Of a DNA stretch of 64,000 nucleotides, positions 27,990-39,400 are shown in pieces. The notes under the pieces are model-generated. The model saw nothing but the letters and a program-made list of their open reading frames with translations, was not told the DNA's origin and ran no database searches. Position numbers and translations under genes: made by a program. Positions within the stretch are counted from its first letter, which is position 1. Each line of letters begins with the position of its first letter. Source of the DNA: Bacillota bacterium (GTDB lineage: Bacteria > Bacillota_I > Bacilli_A > RF39 > UBA660); contig SVAS01000001.1 in NCBI GenBank assembly GCA_015059285.1, positions 68,217-132,216 of the forward strand. The letters run 5' to 3'.

Positions 27990-28229
27990 ATGAAATTAAT
28001 TAATAGTTTTAGAAACTATATTTTAGATGAAGAATTTAAAATTAATATTTATAAAGATAAAGTAAATATAGTTAATTATACTGATATAGTTAATTTCACC
28101 TCTAAAGAAGTGGTTGTTAAATATGAAGATGGGCATGTCTTTGTGTTTGGCAAAAATTTATCTATTTCAAGATTATTAATTGATGAAGTATTAATTTCTG
28201 GAGTAATTGAAAAAATAGAGCTAAGGTGA
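27990..28229 (+). CDS. yqfC: YabP/YqfC-family sporulation protein
   Basis: 79-aa protein with YabP-like pattern, immediately upstream of a yqfD homolog as in B. subtilis. Confidence 0.6.
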   Translation: MKLINSFRNYILDEEFKINIYKDKVNIVNYTDIVNFTSKEVVVKYEDGHVFVFGKNLSISRLLIDEVLISGVIEKIELR

Positions 28230-28233
28230 TAAT

Positions 28234-29412
28234 GTGAATAATATAGAATACAAATTAAAAAGTAAAATTAGGATAAAGGTAACAGGAAGAAAAGTAGAAT
28301 ATTTTTTAAAAAGATTAATGTCTTATAAAATAGAATTATTAGATATTAAAGTTATTAATAGTAAAGAAGTTATTCTTTTAATTTATAAAAGAGATTATGA
28401 AAGATTGGAACAGCTAAAAAGTATTTATGAATTAGAAATAGTTAATTATGAAGGAATATTAAAGTTAAAGCAAATTATTAATATAAATAAATTTATTATC
28501 TTATTTAGTCTTTTAGGACTAGCCATATTAATATTTTTAAGTAATATAATTTTTAAAGTAGAAGTAGTTCATAATGATAAGAGTATTAGAACACTACTAA
28601 TTAAAGAACTAGCTAATTATGAAATAGAACCTAAAAAATTAAAAAAAAGTTTTAAAGAAATAGAAAAAATAAAAAAGAAGATACTTGAAAAACATCGTGA
28701 AAAAATAGAATGGTTAGAAATAGAAAATATAGGAACAAAATATATTGTTAAAGTAGAGGAAAGAAAAATTATTGATATAAAAAAGGACTATATTAAACAA
28801 AATGTAGTTGCGAAAAAATCCGCAATTATTAAAAAAGTTTTTGCTAAAAATGGAGTAATTGTTAAAAATGTTGATGATTATGTTAAAGCAGGAGATGTTA
28901 TTATAAGTGGCGAAATTTTACTTAATGAAACCATTAAAGATACAATAAAAGCAGAAGGGGAAATATTTGGCGAAGTTTGGTACAATATAAAAGTAGAGTA
29001 TCCATATATTTATAGTGAGAAAAAAATGACTGGTAAGAAAAATAATGTATTTGCTATTAAGTTTTTAAATAAAACACTAGAATTATTTAATTTTAATAAA
29101 TATAAAGATAAAATTATAGATGAGGAAATTCTTTTAAATCATATATTTTTACCTATATCTTTTGTTAAACAAAAACCAAAAGAAATTGAAATAATAGAAT
29201 ATGTAGCAACTGAAGAAGAAGCAATCAATAAAGCTTTAGAAAAAGGACGTATGCAAATAAAAAGTCAATTAAATGACAACGAATACATAATAAGTGAAAA
29301 ACAATTGAAAGTTGATATAAAGGAGAGTAAAATAGTATTAGATATATTTTATGCAGTATATGAAAATATAACAGATTATATGGAAATAAAAGAACAAGTA
29401 TTAGAAGAATAG
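28234..29412 (+). CDS. yqfD: YqfD-family stage IV sporulation protein
   Basis: N-terminal region (IRIKVTGRKVEYFLKRL...YKIELLDIKV) and single TM helix typical of YqfD; conserved synteny. Confidence 0.65.
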   Translation: MNNIEYKLKSKIRIKVTGRKVEYFLKRLMSYKIELLDIKVINSKEVILLIYKRDYERLEQLKSIYELEIVNYEGILKLKQIININKFIILFSLLGLAILIFLSNIIFKVEVVHNDKSIRTLLIKELANYEIEPKKLKKSFKEIEKIKKKILEKHREKIEWLEIENIGTKYIVKVEERKIIDIKKDYIKQNVVAKKSAIIKKVFAKNGVIVKNVDDYVKAGDVIISGEILLNETIKDTIKAEGEIFGEVWYNIKVEYPYIYSEKKMTGKKNNVFAIKFLNKTLELFNFNKYKDKIIDEEILLNHIFLPISFVKQKPKEIEIIEYVATEEEAINKALEKGRMQIKSQLNDNEYIISEKQLKVDIKESKIVLDIFYAVYENITDYMEIKEQVLEE

Positions 29413-29422
29413 GAGATGTAAT

Positions 29423-30034
29423 ATGTTTCGTAATAGTATTTTAGAAATTTTTTCACAAACGTGGCCTATGATTTTGATATGCACTGTAATAATTGTTTCA
29501 ATGCGCATTATATATATTATCAAAAACAAAAAAGAATTTATTTTTTATAAAGAGATGATGATGTTATTATTTATTATATATGTTATGTGTATGTTCTATG
29601 TGGTAACATTTCAAGATGTTAGTTGGTCTAGTTCTAACTATATTCCGTTTAAAGAAATGTTTAGATATGAATTTGGAAGTCGCTTATTTTTTAAAAATGT
29701 AATTGGTAATATGATTATGTTTTTACCATATGGATTTTTTGTAAGTTATTTTCTTAAAATAGATAAGAAAAAAATGATTTTAATTTTATCAGTAATTACT
29801 TCTTTTACAATTGAATTTACACAATTAAAAATAGGAAGGGTTTTTGATATTGATGATATTTTATTAAATGTATTAGGTGGTATGATAGGATATTTCCTTT
29901 ATATTTTCTTAACTAAAGTCCAAGATAGACTTCCTAAATTCTTGAAAAAGCCTATTTTTTATAATATAATGGTACTAGCAATATTGGTTATTTTTATACT
30001 TTATTTAACCAATTATTTAAAGTTAGGAGTATAG
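29423..30034 (+). CDS. VanZ-like membrane protein
   Basis: 4 TM helices, NVIGNMIMFLPYGFF and NVLGGMIGY motifs. Confidence 0.55.
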   Translation: MFRNSILEIFSQTWPMILICTVIIVSMRIIYIIKNKKEFIFYKEMMMLLFIIYVMCMFYVVTFQDVSWSSSNYIPFKEMFRYEFGSRLFFKNVIGNMIMFLPYGFFVSYFLKIDKKKMILILSVITSFTIEFTQLKIGRVFDIDDILLNVLGGMIGYFLYIFLTKVQDRLPKFLKKPIFYNIMVLAILVIFILYLTNYLKLGV

Positions 30035-30035
30035 A

Positions 30036-30482
30036 ATGAATAATATAGGTATATTTAATGAAACTAATAAGGAAATTAAAGAATTAAATAAGTTAAAAGA
30101 AGTTATTGATAAGGCTATAGAAATAGAAAAAGTAAATAATATTGAATTTAATATTATTATTGTGGGTAATGAAAAAATACATGAAATTAATAGAGAATAT
30201 CGTCATATAGATAGACCTACAGATGTAATTAGTTTTGCTTTAGAAGATGATGAAAGTTTTCCAGGAATGGAAGTAAGAGTCCTTGGAGATATTTATATTT
30301 CAATTGATAAAGTTTATGAACAAAGTGAAGCTTATGGACATTCATTTTTTAGAGAATTAGCATTTTTAACTGTTCATGGTTTTTTACACCTTTTAGGTTA
30401 TGATCATATAAAGTTAGAAGATGAAAAAGAGATGTTTAGTCGTCAGGAGTTGATTTTAAGTGAAGCCGGTATTAAGAAATAA
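30036..30482 (+). CDS. ybeY: rRNA maturation endoribonuclease YbeY
   Basis: HGFLHLLGYDH metal-binding motif. Confidence 0.9.
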   Translation: MNNIGIFNETNKEIKELNKLKEVIDKAIEIEKVNNIEFNIIIVGNEKIHEINREYRHIDRPTDVISFALEDDESFPGMEVRVLGDIYISIDKVYEQSEAYGHSFFRELAFLTVHGFLHLLGYDHIKLEDEKEMFSRQELILSEAGIKK

Positions 30483-30858
30483 AGATAAGGGGACTATTTT
30501 AGAAAGATACTTTAAAAGTTTTATTCATGCTTTAGAAGGAATTGTGTATGCTTTTAAGTATGAACATAATATGATTATAATAGGGCTTGCTGCAATTGTT
30601 GCTATACTAGCAGGATTTATTTTTGGAATATCTAGTGCAGAATGGTTTTTTGTATTAATTATCATTGGTTTAATTGCAGCAACAGAAATGATTAATACAG
30701 CAATAGAAGCTTTAGTTGATTTAGTTACAACTAAAACTCATCCACTTGCTAAAATAGCTAAAGATACAGCTTCTTCTGCAACTTTAATTTTATCAATGAC
30801 AGCATTCGTTGGAGCGCTTGTTGTATTTGTACCTAAAATAATAGAACTTTTAAAGTAG
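30460..30858 (+). CDS. dgkA: diacylglycerol/undecaprenol kinase family protein
   Basis: 3 TM helices, EMINTAIEALVD motif. Confidence 0.75.
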   Translation: MKPVLRNKDKGTILERYFKSFIHALEGIVYAFKYEHNMIIIGLAAIVAILAGFIFGISSAEWFFVLIIIGLIAATEMINTAIEALVDLVTTKTHPLAKIAKDTASSATLILSMTAFVGALVVFVPKIIELLK

Positions 30859-30867
30859 GAGGTTTTT

Positions 30868-31251
30868 ATGAAAGAAAAATTATTAAAACTTTTAGAAAAT
30901 TCATATTCTCCATATTCTAATTTTCCAGTATCTGCTATCGTAGTTATGAAAGATGGTAAAGAATTTAATGGAGTAAATGTGGAAAACGCTTCTTATGGAG
31001 CAGCTATATGTGCAGAAAGAAATGTTTTTACAACTGCTATTGCATATGGATATAAACCTAAAGATTTTGAAAAATTATATATAATGACTAAAGGTAATGT
31101 TAGTACACCTTGTTTTATTTGTCGTCAGTTCATTACAGAACTATTTGATAAAGATAAAGAAGTTGTTTGTATGAATGAATTAGGTGAAGAAAAAGTATAT
31201 AAAGTAAGTGATTTGTGTCCGTATCCATTTAATGAGGATGATTTAAAATGA
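30868..31251 (+). CDS. cdd: cytidine deaminase
   Basis: CAERNV and PCFICRQF zinc-binding motifs. Confidence 0.85.
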   Translation: MKEKLLKLLENSYSPYSNFPVSAIVVMKDGKEFNGVNVENASYGAAICAERNVFTTAIAYGYKPKDFEKLYIMTKGNVSTPCFICRQFITELFDKDKEVVCMNELGEEKVYKVSDLCPYPFNEDDLK

Positions 31252-32132
31252 GAAGTGGTTTTGTTAGTTTAATTGGAAGACCTAATGTAGGTAAATCCAC
31301 CTTATTAAATAGTATTGTTGGTAAAAAAGTAGCGATTACTTCAAATAAACCTCAAACAACAAGAAACATAATTCAAGGTATTTATAATGAAGAAGACACA
31401 CAAATTGTGTTTGTAGATACACCAGGTATACATAAACCTAATCATAAATTAGGTAAATATTTAAATAAACAAGCTTATTATTCAATTGATGATGTAGATG
31501 TTATTTTATTTTTAGTAGATGCTTCTTTAGGTTTAGGTGCAGGAGATAAATACATTATTGAAAAATTTAAAAAAGTTAATAAACCCGTTATTTTAATTAT
31601 TAATAAAATAGATAAATTAAGTAAAGAACAAATCCTACTTAAAATAAATGAATATAAAGATTTATATAACTTTAGTGAAATTATACCGGTTTCTGCTTTA
31701 AAAAAAGACAATGTTAAAACTGTTGTTAATGTACTTAAAAAATATTTACCTGATAGTGTTAGGTTTTATGGTGAAGAAGAAATTACTAATAAACCAATGC
31801 ATTTTTTAATAGCAGAAATGGTTAGAGAAAAAGTATTTAATTTAACAGAAGAAGAAGTTCCTCATTCTATTACTTGTTATGTTGAAAATATTGATAACAA
31901 AAAGAATAGCTGTAATATCAATGCCGTAATAGTAGTAGATAGAGAAGCTTTAAAAAAAATTATTATAGGGGCTAGAGGAAGTAAAATAAAAGAAATAGGA
32001 ACTCTTGCTAGAACTGATATAGAAAATTTATTAGGTAAAAAAGTATATTTAGAATTGTTTGTTAAAGTCATTAAAAAATGGCGTGATAAAGAAAAGTATT
32101 TATCAGAGTTTGGTTTTAATGAGTTTGAATAA
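31248..32132 (+). CDS. era: GTPase Era
   Basis: GRPNVGKST P-loop, DTPG, NKID, C-terminal KH domain. Confidence 0.95.
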   Translation: MRSGFVSLIGRPNVGKSTLLNSIVGKKVAITSNKPQTTRNIIQGIYNEEDTQIVFVDTPGIHKPNHKLGKYLNKQAYYSIDDVDVILFLVDASLGLGAGDKYIIEKFKKVNKPVILIINKIDKLSKEQILLKINEYKDLYNFSEIIPVSALKKDNVKTVVNVLKKYLPDSVRFYGEEEITNKPMHFLIAEMVREKVFNLTEEEVPHSITCYVENIDNKKNSCNINAVIVVDREALKKIIIGARGSKIKEIGTLARTDIENLLGKKVYLELFVKVIKKWRDKEKYLSEFGFNEFE

Positions 32133-32250
32133 AAATAAGTTATATTGACCACTATATAATTAGGTGATAATATGACTAGAAAAATGTTATGGGATTTATT
32201 TACTCATACTGGAAAAATTGAATACTATATAAAGTATAAGGAGTTAGAAA

Positions 32251-32493
32251 ATGAGGCAAATAGAAGTAGGAAAAAAGTATAGACATTTTAAAAATAAATT
32301 ATATGAAGTAATTGCTATTGCTTATTACCATGAATCTGCTAGTGATAATTTAAAAAAAGTAGTAGTATATAAAGCTTTATATGGTGACTGTGATATTTGG
32401 GTTAGAGATTATGATGATTTTGCTTCAAAAGTAGATAAAGAAAAATATCCAGAAGTAAACCAAGAGTATAGATTTGAATTAGTTGATGAATAA
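32251..32493 (+). CDS. DUF1653-like small protein
   Basis: YRHFKNKLYEV...VVVYKALYGD...WVRDY...EKYPEVNQEYRFEL pattern; located between era and recO. Confidence 0.5.
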   Translation: MRQIEVGKKYRHFKNKLYEVIAIAYYHESASDNLKKVVVYKALYGDCDIWVRDYDDFASKVDKEKYPEVNQEYRFELVDE

Positions 32494-33236
32494 TGATTGA
32501 AAAAATAGAAGGTATAGTAATTAATGAACGAGATTTTAGTGAAACAAGTAAAATTATAAATGTTTTAACTAAAGATCGTGGCATAATTGGTATTATGTGC
32601 AAAGGGGCTAAAACTTTGAAAAGTCCTTTTAGAAGTGTTACTGGGAAACTTACTTACGGAGTATTTAATGTTTACTATAAAAAAGATAAATTATCTACTT
32701 TAATTAGTGTTGATATAATTAATAATTTTAAAAACATAAAAAAAGATATTGAAAAAATTAGTTATGTTAGTTTTTTATTAGAACTATCTGAACAAGTTAC
32801 TAAACAAAGTTATAATAACGATATTTATAATTTACTTATAGATGGACTTGTAAAAATAGATGAAAATTTTGATCCTTTAATTATTACAAATATTATTGAA
32901 TTAAAATATTTAGATTATTTAGGAGTTATGCCTGTTATTGATAGATGTAGTATTTGTGGTAGTGTTAATTCTATCGCAACACTTTCTTCAACTAAAGGTG
33001 GATATGTTTGTAACAGATGTCTAACAACTGAAAAAATAGTTAATGAAAAAACAATTAAATTAATAAGAATGTTTTATTATGTAGATATTAGTAAAATTAC
33101 TAAAATGAATATAAATCCTTTATCTAAATTGGAAATAAATTCTTTTTTAGATGAATATTATGAACAATATACAGGATTATATTTAAAATCAAAATCATTT
33201 ATCAATGATTTAAAAAAAATAAGTATTAAGGAGTAG
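32493..33236 (+). CDS. recO: DNA repair protein RecO
   Basis: N-terminal OB fold, CxxC...CxxC zinc motif (CSICGS...CNRC). Confidence 0.85.
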   Translation: MIEKIEGIVINERDFSETSKIINVLTKDRGIIGIMCKGAKTLKSPFRSVTGKLTYGVFNVYYKKDKLSTLISVDIINNFKNIKKDIEKISYVSFLLELSEQVTKQSYNNDIYNLLIDGLVKIDENFDPLIITNIIELKYLDYLGVMPVIDRCSICGSVNSIATLSSTKGGYVCNRCLTTEKIVNEKTIKLIRMFYYVDISKITKMNINPLSKLEINSFLDEYYEQYTGLYLKSKSFINDLKKISIKE

Positions 33237-33239
33237 AAT

Positions 33240-33683
33240 ATGAAAGATTATGTATATTTATTAGTGCCATTTACATCACTTGTTTTAGCTCAAATAATTA
33301 AATTTACAATTGAATCAATAAAAGCAAAAAGATTAGTTTGGGAAAGACTTTTTAATGGAAGTGCTGGTATGCCAAGCAGTCACGCCTCATTTAGTTTTTC
33401 ATTAACAGTTATAATTTTATTTATTCATGGACTAACTTCTCCTTTATTTGCAATTTCACTTATTTTTTCTTTTATTGTAGCATATGACTCTATGGGAGTT
33501 AGAATGGAAAGTGGGAAACAAGCAGTAGCGATTAATACCATTGTTGGTGAAATGGTTGAAACAAATTCTAAAATTACTATAGCTAAACTCAAAGAAAAAC
33601 TAGGACATAAACCTTTAGAAGTACTTATGGGAATGTTACTTGGAACAATTGTTGGTCTTATTTACTTTTATATTTTATTTTAA
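33240..33683 (+). CDS. divergent PAP2 / DUF212-family membrane protein
   Basis: GMPSSHASFSF phosphatase-like motif, 3-4 TM helices. Confidence 0.5.
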   Translation: MKDYVYLLVPFTSLVLAQIIKFTIESIKAKRLVWERLFNGSAGMPSSHASFSFSLTVIILFIHGLTSPLFAISLIFSFIVAYDSMGVRMESGKQAVAINTIVGEMVETNSKITIAKLKEKLGHKPLEVLMGMLLGTIVGLIYFYILF

Positions 33684-33689
33684 AATATA

Positions 33690-33718
33690 TTGACTAATAA
33701 CTATTATTTATATATAAT
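33690..33718 (+). promoter_or_regulatory. sigma-A-type promoter of glyQS (TTGACT-17-TATAAT)
   Basis: perfect spacing, seen directly in sequence. Confidence 0.6.
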
Positions 33719-33724
33719 ACTAGT

Positions 33725-33838
33725 ATCAATGCGATGACGGATGTGGAAAATCCAGAGCAATATATATTAAAGCTGATCTTCTAGATAAGTAAGGTGGAAC
33801 CGCTCAAAAGAGTCCTTACATTTCTAGGAGATTTTTAT
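33725..33838 (+). promoter_or_regulatory. probable short T-box leader of glyQS
   Basis: aaggtggaaccgc T-box-like motif at 33791-33803, GA motif gcgatgac, possible GGA specifier, U-rich tail; shorter than the other four leaders. Confidence 0.45.
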
Positions 33839-33852
33839 TTAGGAGGAATAAT

Positions 33853-35223
33853 ATGGAAAAAATTACAATGGAAAAAATGGTTAATTTATGTAAACAATAT
33901 GGTTTTATATTTCAAGGTAGTGAAATATATGATGGACTTGCTAATACTTGGGATTATGGACCTCTAGGAACTCGTTTGAAAAATAACATTAAAGATGCTT
34001 GGAGAAAAAGATTTATTCAAGAAAGAAAAAATAGTTATGAAGTAGATGCTGATATTTTAATGCATCCTCGTGTTTGGGAAGCTAGTGGACATGTTTCTTC
34101 TTTTAGTGACCCATTACTTGATTGTAAAGAATGTAAAACAAGACATAGAGCAGATAACTTAATTGATGATTTTGATGAAAACGCTCATGCTGATGGTATG
34201 ACACAGGAAGAAATGCTAACTTTTATTAAGGAACATAAAATACCTTGTCCAAAATGTGGGAAATCAAATTTTACAGATATAAGACAATTTAATTTAATGT
34301 TTCAAACATTTAGAGGGGTAACTAATGATTCTAAAAGTATTATTTATTTAAGACCAGAAAATGCTCAAGGTGAATATGTTAACTTTTTAAATGTTCAAAG
34401 AAGTATGAGAGCAAAACTACCATTTAGTATTGGTCAAATTGGTAAAGCATTTAGAAATGAAATAACACCAGGTAACTTTACATTTAGAACAATAGAATTT
34501 GAACAAATGGAATTCCAAACATTCTGTAAAGAAGGGACTGATTCTGAACTTTATGCATATTTTAAAGAATATGGTAGAAAATTTTTTATGGATTTAGGTT
34601 TAAGTGAAGAACATTTAAGATTCCATGATCATGAAAAACTTGCTCATTATGCGAAAGAAGCTTGTGATATTGAATATAAATTCCCATTTGGTTGGGGAGA
34701 AATTAATGGTACTCATAACCGAACTGATTTTGACTTAACCAGACATCAAGAATATAGTGGAAAAAGTCAAGAATATTTAGATCCTGAAACAAATGAAAAA
34801 TTTATTCCATATATTATTGAATCAACTTATGGTTTAGATAGAACATTCTTAGCTGTAATGTTTGAAGCTTATGATTTAGAAACATTAGCTGATGGAACTA
34901 CTAGAGAAGTATTAAGATTAAGTCCTGCTTTAGCTCCTTATAAAGTAGCAATCTTACCACTTATGAAAAAATATCATAGTGAAAAAGCTTTAGAACTTTA
35001 TGAAACATTATCTAAACATTTCATGGTATCTTACGATGAAACAGGAAATATTGGTAAACGTTATAGACGACAAGATGTTATAGGAACACCTTTTTGTATA
35101 ACTATTGATGAAGAAACATTAAATAATAACACTGTTACAGTAAGAGATAGAGATACAATGGAACAAGTTGTAATTAAAGTAGAAGATATTGAAAAATATA
35201 TCTCTGAAAAGATAAAATTTTAA
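33853..35223 (+). CDS. glyQS: glycyl-tRNA synthetase (dimeric GlyQS type)
   Basis: class II motifs, GLANTWDYGPLG, FRNEITP; era-recO-glyQS synteny. Confidence 0.95.
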   Translation: MEKITMEKMVNLCKQYGFIFQGSEIYDGLANTWDYGPLGTRLKNNIKDAWRKRFIQERKNSYEVDADILMHPRVWEASGHVSSFSDPLLDCKECKTRHRADNLIDDFDENAHADGMTQEEMLTFIKEHKIPCPKCGKSNFTDIRQFNLMFQTFRGVTNDSKSIIYLRPENAQGEYVNFLNVQRSMRAKLPFSIGQIGKAFRNEITPGNFTFRTIEFEQMEFQTFCKEGTDSELYAYFKEYGRKFFMDLGLSEEHLRFHDHEKLAHYAKEACDIEYKFPFGWGEINGTHNRTDFDLTRHQEYSGKSQEYLDPETNEKFIPYIIESTYGLDRTFLAVMFEAYDLETLADGTTREVLRLSPALAPYKVAILPLMKKYHSEKALELYETLSKHFMVSYDETGNIGKRYRRQDVIGTPFCITIDEETLNNNTVTVRDRDTMEQVVIKVEDIEKYISEKIKF

Positions 35224-35237
35224 TAAATATATAAAAA

Positions 35238-35274
35238 AAGAAAACATTTAATAAAAATTGTTTTCTTTTTTTTT
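35238..35274 (+). terminator. glyQS terminator
   Basis: gaaaacatttaataaaaattgttttc hairpin plus T9. Confidence 0.7.
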
Positions 35275-35327
35275 CTTTTGTGATAGAATTATATATAGAG
35301 TGTAGACATAAAGGTAGGAGGATAACA

Positions 35328-35744
35328 ATGGGTTTAAATATTAAAAAATGGTTTAAAGAAGAAGATGAAGATGTTTTTGCAGCTAATAGTTTAACGGATC
35401 AATATTACAATATAGAAACAGAAGAAGCCTTAAAAGAAAATGATGGTAACAGTAAAATGATTTTGCTTGAGCCTCGTGCTTATTCTGAATCTCAACAAAT
35501 AGCAGATCATTTAAAAGCTCGTAATACAGTAGTAGTTAATTTAAAAAGAGTAACTTCTGATCAAGCTAAAAGAATAGTAGATTTTTTAAGTGGAACTATA
35601 TATGCAATCGGTGGAGATTTACAAAAAATTGGCGGTGGAATATTTTTATGTACACCAAATAATGTAAATATTCAAGGTAAAATAACTGATGAAAAAGAAG
35701 GTAAAGATATCCACGATAATAATGATATAAACATTGAATGGTAA
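35328..35744 (+). CDS. sepF: cell division protein SepF
   Basis: [19 protein letters not shown]...VVVNL...[23 protein letters not shown] matches SepF/DUF552; AGGAGG RBS. Confidence 0.85.
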   Translation: MGLNIKKWFKEEDEDVFAANSLTDQYYNIETEEALKENDGNSKMILLEPRAYSESQQIADHLKARNTVVVNLKRVTSDQAKRIVDFLSGTIYAIGGDLQKIGGGIFLCTPNNVNIQGKITDEKEGKDIHDNNDINIEW

Positions 35745-35749
35745 AATAC

Positions 35750-35778
35750 TTGATAATATTAAAAAACTGTGCTACAAT
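35750..35778 (+). promoter_or_regulatory. sigma-A-type promoter (TTGATA-17-TACAAT) upstream of the divIVA-domain gene
   Basis: seen directly in sequence. Confidence 0.5.
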
Positions 35779-35800
35779 ATGTAGCGCCTAGAGGTGAGTT

Positions 35801-36259
35801 ATGGAGAAATTTAATCGAACACTTCGTGGCTATGATCCAGAAGAAGTAAATGCTTTTGTAGATCAAGTCATTGGCCAAGTTGAAAAGATGGTTAGTGAAG
35901 GTAAACTTAAAGATGCTAAAATAAAAGAACTAAAGTCTTTAGAAGTAGAAAATGTACGTTTAAAAGAAAAAATTGCACAATATGAACGTATGGAAGGAAC
36001 TTTAAATAAAGCTATATTAATGGCCCAAAAGACTTCTGATCAAATAAAGACTAATGCTCATAGAGAAAGTGAAATTATTTTAGAAGATGCTAAACGAAAT
36101 GCTAGTCGTATTGTTAATGAAGCTTTACTTAGAGCTGAAAAAACAGAGATGGAAGCAAATATGTTAAAACGTAATATTAATATATTTAAACGTCGTTTAA
36201 GAAGTATTATCGAACAACAACTTGAAATGGTTAATGATATTGAAAAAGTAGATTTTTAA
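35801..36259 (+). CDS. divIVA: DivIVA-domain protein
   Basis: FNRTLRGYDPEEVNAFVDQV N-terminal DivIVA motif, coiled coil. Confidence 0.8.
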   Translation: MEKFNRTLRGYDPEEVNAFVDQVIGQVEKMVSEGKLKDAKIKELKSLEVENVRLKEKIAQYERMEGTLNKAILMAQKTSDQIKTNAHRESEIILEDAKRNASRIVNEALLRAEKTEMEANMLKRNINIFKRRLRSIIEQQLEMVNDIEKVDF

Positions 36260-36294
36260 AACAGATGATAGAGACGATATACAAATTAGTCTTG

Positions 36295-36462
36295 CTAGAG
36301 AGTTAGTGGTTGGTGGAAACTAATGAAGAAGGTTGTATATAGATCACTCTAGATGTTTCTAATATAGAACGGTGACGCGTTATAGTTTTGAGTGTATAAT
36401 TTTTATAAAATAAGGTGGTACCGCGGGTAAAACTCGTCCTTAATTGGATGAGTTTTTTTGTT
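36295..36462 (+). promoter_or_regulatory. T-box riboswitch leader (Ile specifier AUC) upstream of ileS
   Basis: agagagttagtggttggtggaaac stem I start, tagAUCa specifier context, T-box aaggtggtaccgcgg, terminator actcgtcc/ggatgagt plus U7. Confidence 0.85.
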
Positions 36463-36493
36463 TTAAAAATATAATTATAATAGGAGGGTTAAT

Positions 36494-39400
36494 ATGAAAA
36501 AATTTGAAGAATTAGATAAAAGACAAGTGAGTGAAGTAGAAGACAGTATATCTCAATCTTGGGAAAGTATTAATGCAATGCATGATGCTCAAGTGAAAAA
36601 GAATGAAAATAATGAAACATTCGTTTTTTATGATGGACCAGCATTCGCTAATGGTTTTCCAGGATTACACCATATGGTTTCTAAAAATTTAAAAGACTGT
36701 GTAACTAAATATCATGTAATGAATGGTAAAAAAGTTATTAGAAAAATAGGATGGGATACACATGGATTACCAATTGAAAACCATGTTGAAAAGAAATTAG
36801 GAATTTCATCTAAAAAAGAAATTGAAGCTTTAGGTGTTGAAAAATTTAATGAAGAATGTCGCAAAAGCGTAAGAGCAAATGAAGATGCCTTTACAGACTT
36901 AACTAGTAAAATGGGACAATTCTTTGATGTTGAAGATCCATATTTAACATATAAAAATGAATATATTGAAACTGAATGGTGGATTTTAAAACAAATGTTT
37001 GAAAGAAATATGTTCTATGAAGGAACTAGAGTTGTACCATATTGTCCACATTGTGGTACTGGTCTTGCTACTCATGAAGTTGCGCAAAATTATCAAACTG
37101 ATACAGCTTTAACAGTTTATGTGCCATTTAAATTAAAAGATAAAGATGAGTATTTCTTAGTATGGACAACAACACCTTGGACATTAATTGCCAATGTTGC
37201 ATTATGTGTAAATCCAGATGAAGAATATATAAAAGTAGAAAGTCAAGGTTATAAATTTATACTAGCTTCTTCTTTAGCGCATAAAGTATTAGGTGAAGAA
37301 TATGAAGTTTTAGAAACTTATAAAGGAAAAGATTTAGAATACACTGAATATGAACAATTAATACCATCATTTGAAGTAGATAAAAAAGCATTCTTTGTAA
37401 CATGCGATACTTATGTAACTATGGAAGATGGAACAGGTATTGTACATATTGCTCCAGCGTTTGGTGAAGATGATGCTAATGTAGGTAAAAATTATGATTT
37501 ACCTTACTTAAATCCAGTTGGTAAAGATGGCTGCTATGTTGGTGGAATGTGGGATGGAAAATTTGTTCATGATGTAAATGAAGAAGTAGTAAATTATTTA
37601 AAAGAAAATGATAAATTATTCAAAAGACAAAAAGTTGCTCACGAATATCCACATTGTTGGAGATGTGATACTCCACTTTTATATTATTCAATGCCAAGTT
37701 ATTATATAAGAGTAAGTGAAATGACAGATAAGTTAGTAGAAGCCAACTCTAAAGTTAATTGGTATCCTGCTTATGTAGGTGAAAAAAGATTTGCTAACTG
37801 GTTAGCTAATGCTAGAGATTGGAATGTATCTCGTAGTAGATATTGGGGTAGTCCAATTCCTTATTGGAAATGTGATTGTGGACATAATCACATGGTTGGA
37901 TCAATAGCTGAATTAAAAGAAATGGCTATAGAAAAAATTGATGATGATTTTGATTTACATAAACCATATATTGATAATGTTCATTTAAGATGCGAAAAAT
38001 GTGGAAAAGAAATGACACGTATTCCAGATGTACTTGATTGCTGGTTTGACTCAGGTGCTATGCCATTTGCTCAATACCATTATCCATTTGAAAATCAAGA
38101 ATTATGGGATGAACAATTCCCAGCTGATTTTATTTGTGAAGGAATTGACCAAACTCGTGGATGGTTCTATACATTAATGGTAATTTCAACATTCGTAAAA
38201 GGTTGTTCACCATTTAAAAACGTATTAGTAAATGACTTATTATTAGATGCCGAAGGTAAAAAAATGAGTAAATCTCGTGGTAATATAGTTGAACCATTTA
38301 CAACTATAAAAGAATATGGAGCAGATACAGTAAGATTTTATTTACCATATGTATCTCCAGTATGGACACCACTTAAATTTGATATGGAAGGATTAAAAGA
38401 AGTTTATTCTAAATTCTTTAATCCACTAAAGAATACATATAGCTTCTTTGCTATGTATGCCAATATTGATAATATTGATACAAATGAATGTCAAGTAAAA
38501 TATGAAGATAGAGAAGAAATAGATTTATGGTTATTATCTAAATATAATAAATTAGTAAAAAATGTAAGAGACTCATTTGATGAATATGATTTAAATAAAG
38601 TAGTTCATTATTTATCTTCATTTGTTTCAGAAGATTTATCTAATTGGTATATTAGAAGAAATAGAAATAGGTTCTGGGGTAGTGAATTGAATACTTCTAA
38701 GAAAAGTGTTTATATAACAACTTATGAAGTATTAGTTGGTTTATCTAAATTAATAGCTCCAATTACACCATTTATATCTGAAGAACTATATCGTAAATTA
38801 ACTGGTGAAGAATCAGTACATTTATCTGATTATTCAACTTGTAATGATAGTTTAATTAATGAACACATTGAAGCAAAAATGGATTTAGTAAGAAATTTAA
38901 TTTCTATTGGTAGATATGTTCGTGAAGAAACTAAAATAAAGGTACGTCAACCAATAAGTGAAGCATTACTTGATGGTAAAAATAAAGAATTAATTTCTGA
39001 TTTAGTATCACTTATTGAAGAAGAATTAAATATCAAAAAAGTAATGTTTGTAGATGACTTAAATGAATATATGAACTTATCTGTTAAACCTAACTTTAAA
39101 GTAGTAGGTAAACTATTTGGTTCATTGATTAAAGAATTCCAAAGTAAATTAGAAAATTTAACAGAACAAGAAATAACTTCATTACAAAAAGGTGATAGTA
39201 TTACTATGAATATTGGTGATGAAACTAAAGAAATCACAAGTGACATGATAGAAATTAGAATATCTTCTAAAGAAGGCTTTAATGTTGGTATGGAAAATAA
39301 TAACTTCATTATTTTAAATACTGAACTTTCGGAAGAACTTATTATGGAAGGTATTGCTCGTGAAATGATTTCTAAAGTTCAACAACTTCGTAAAAATAAT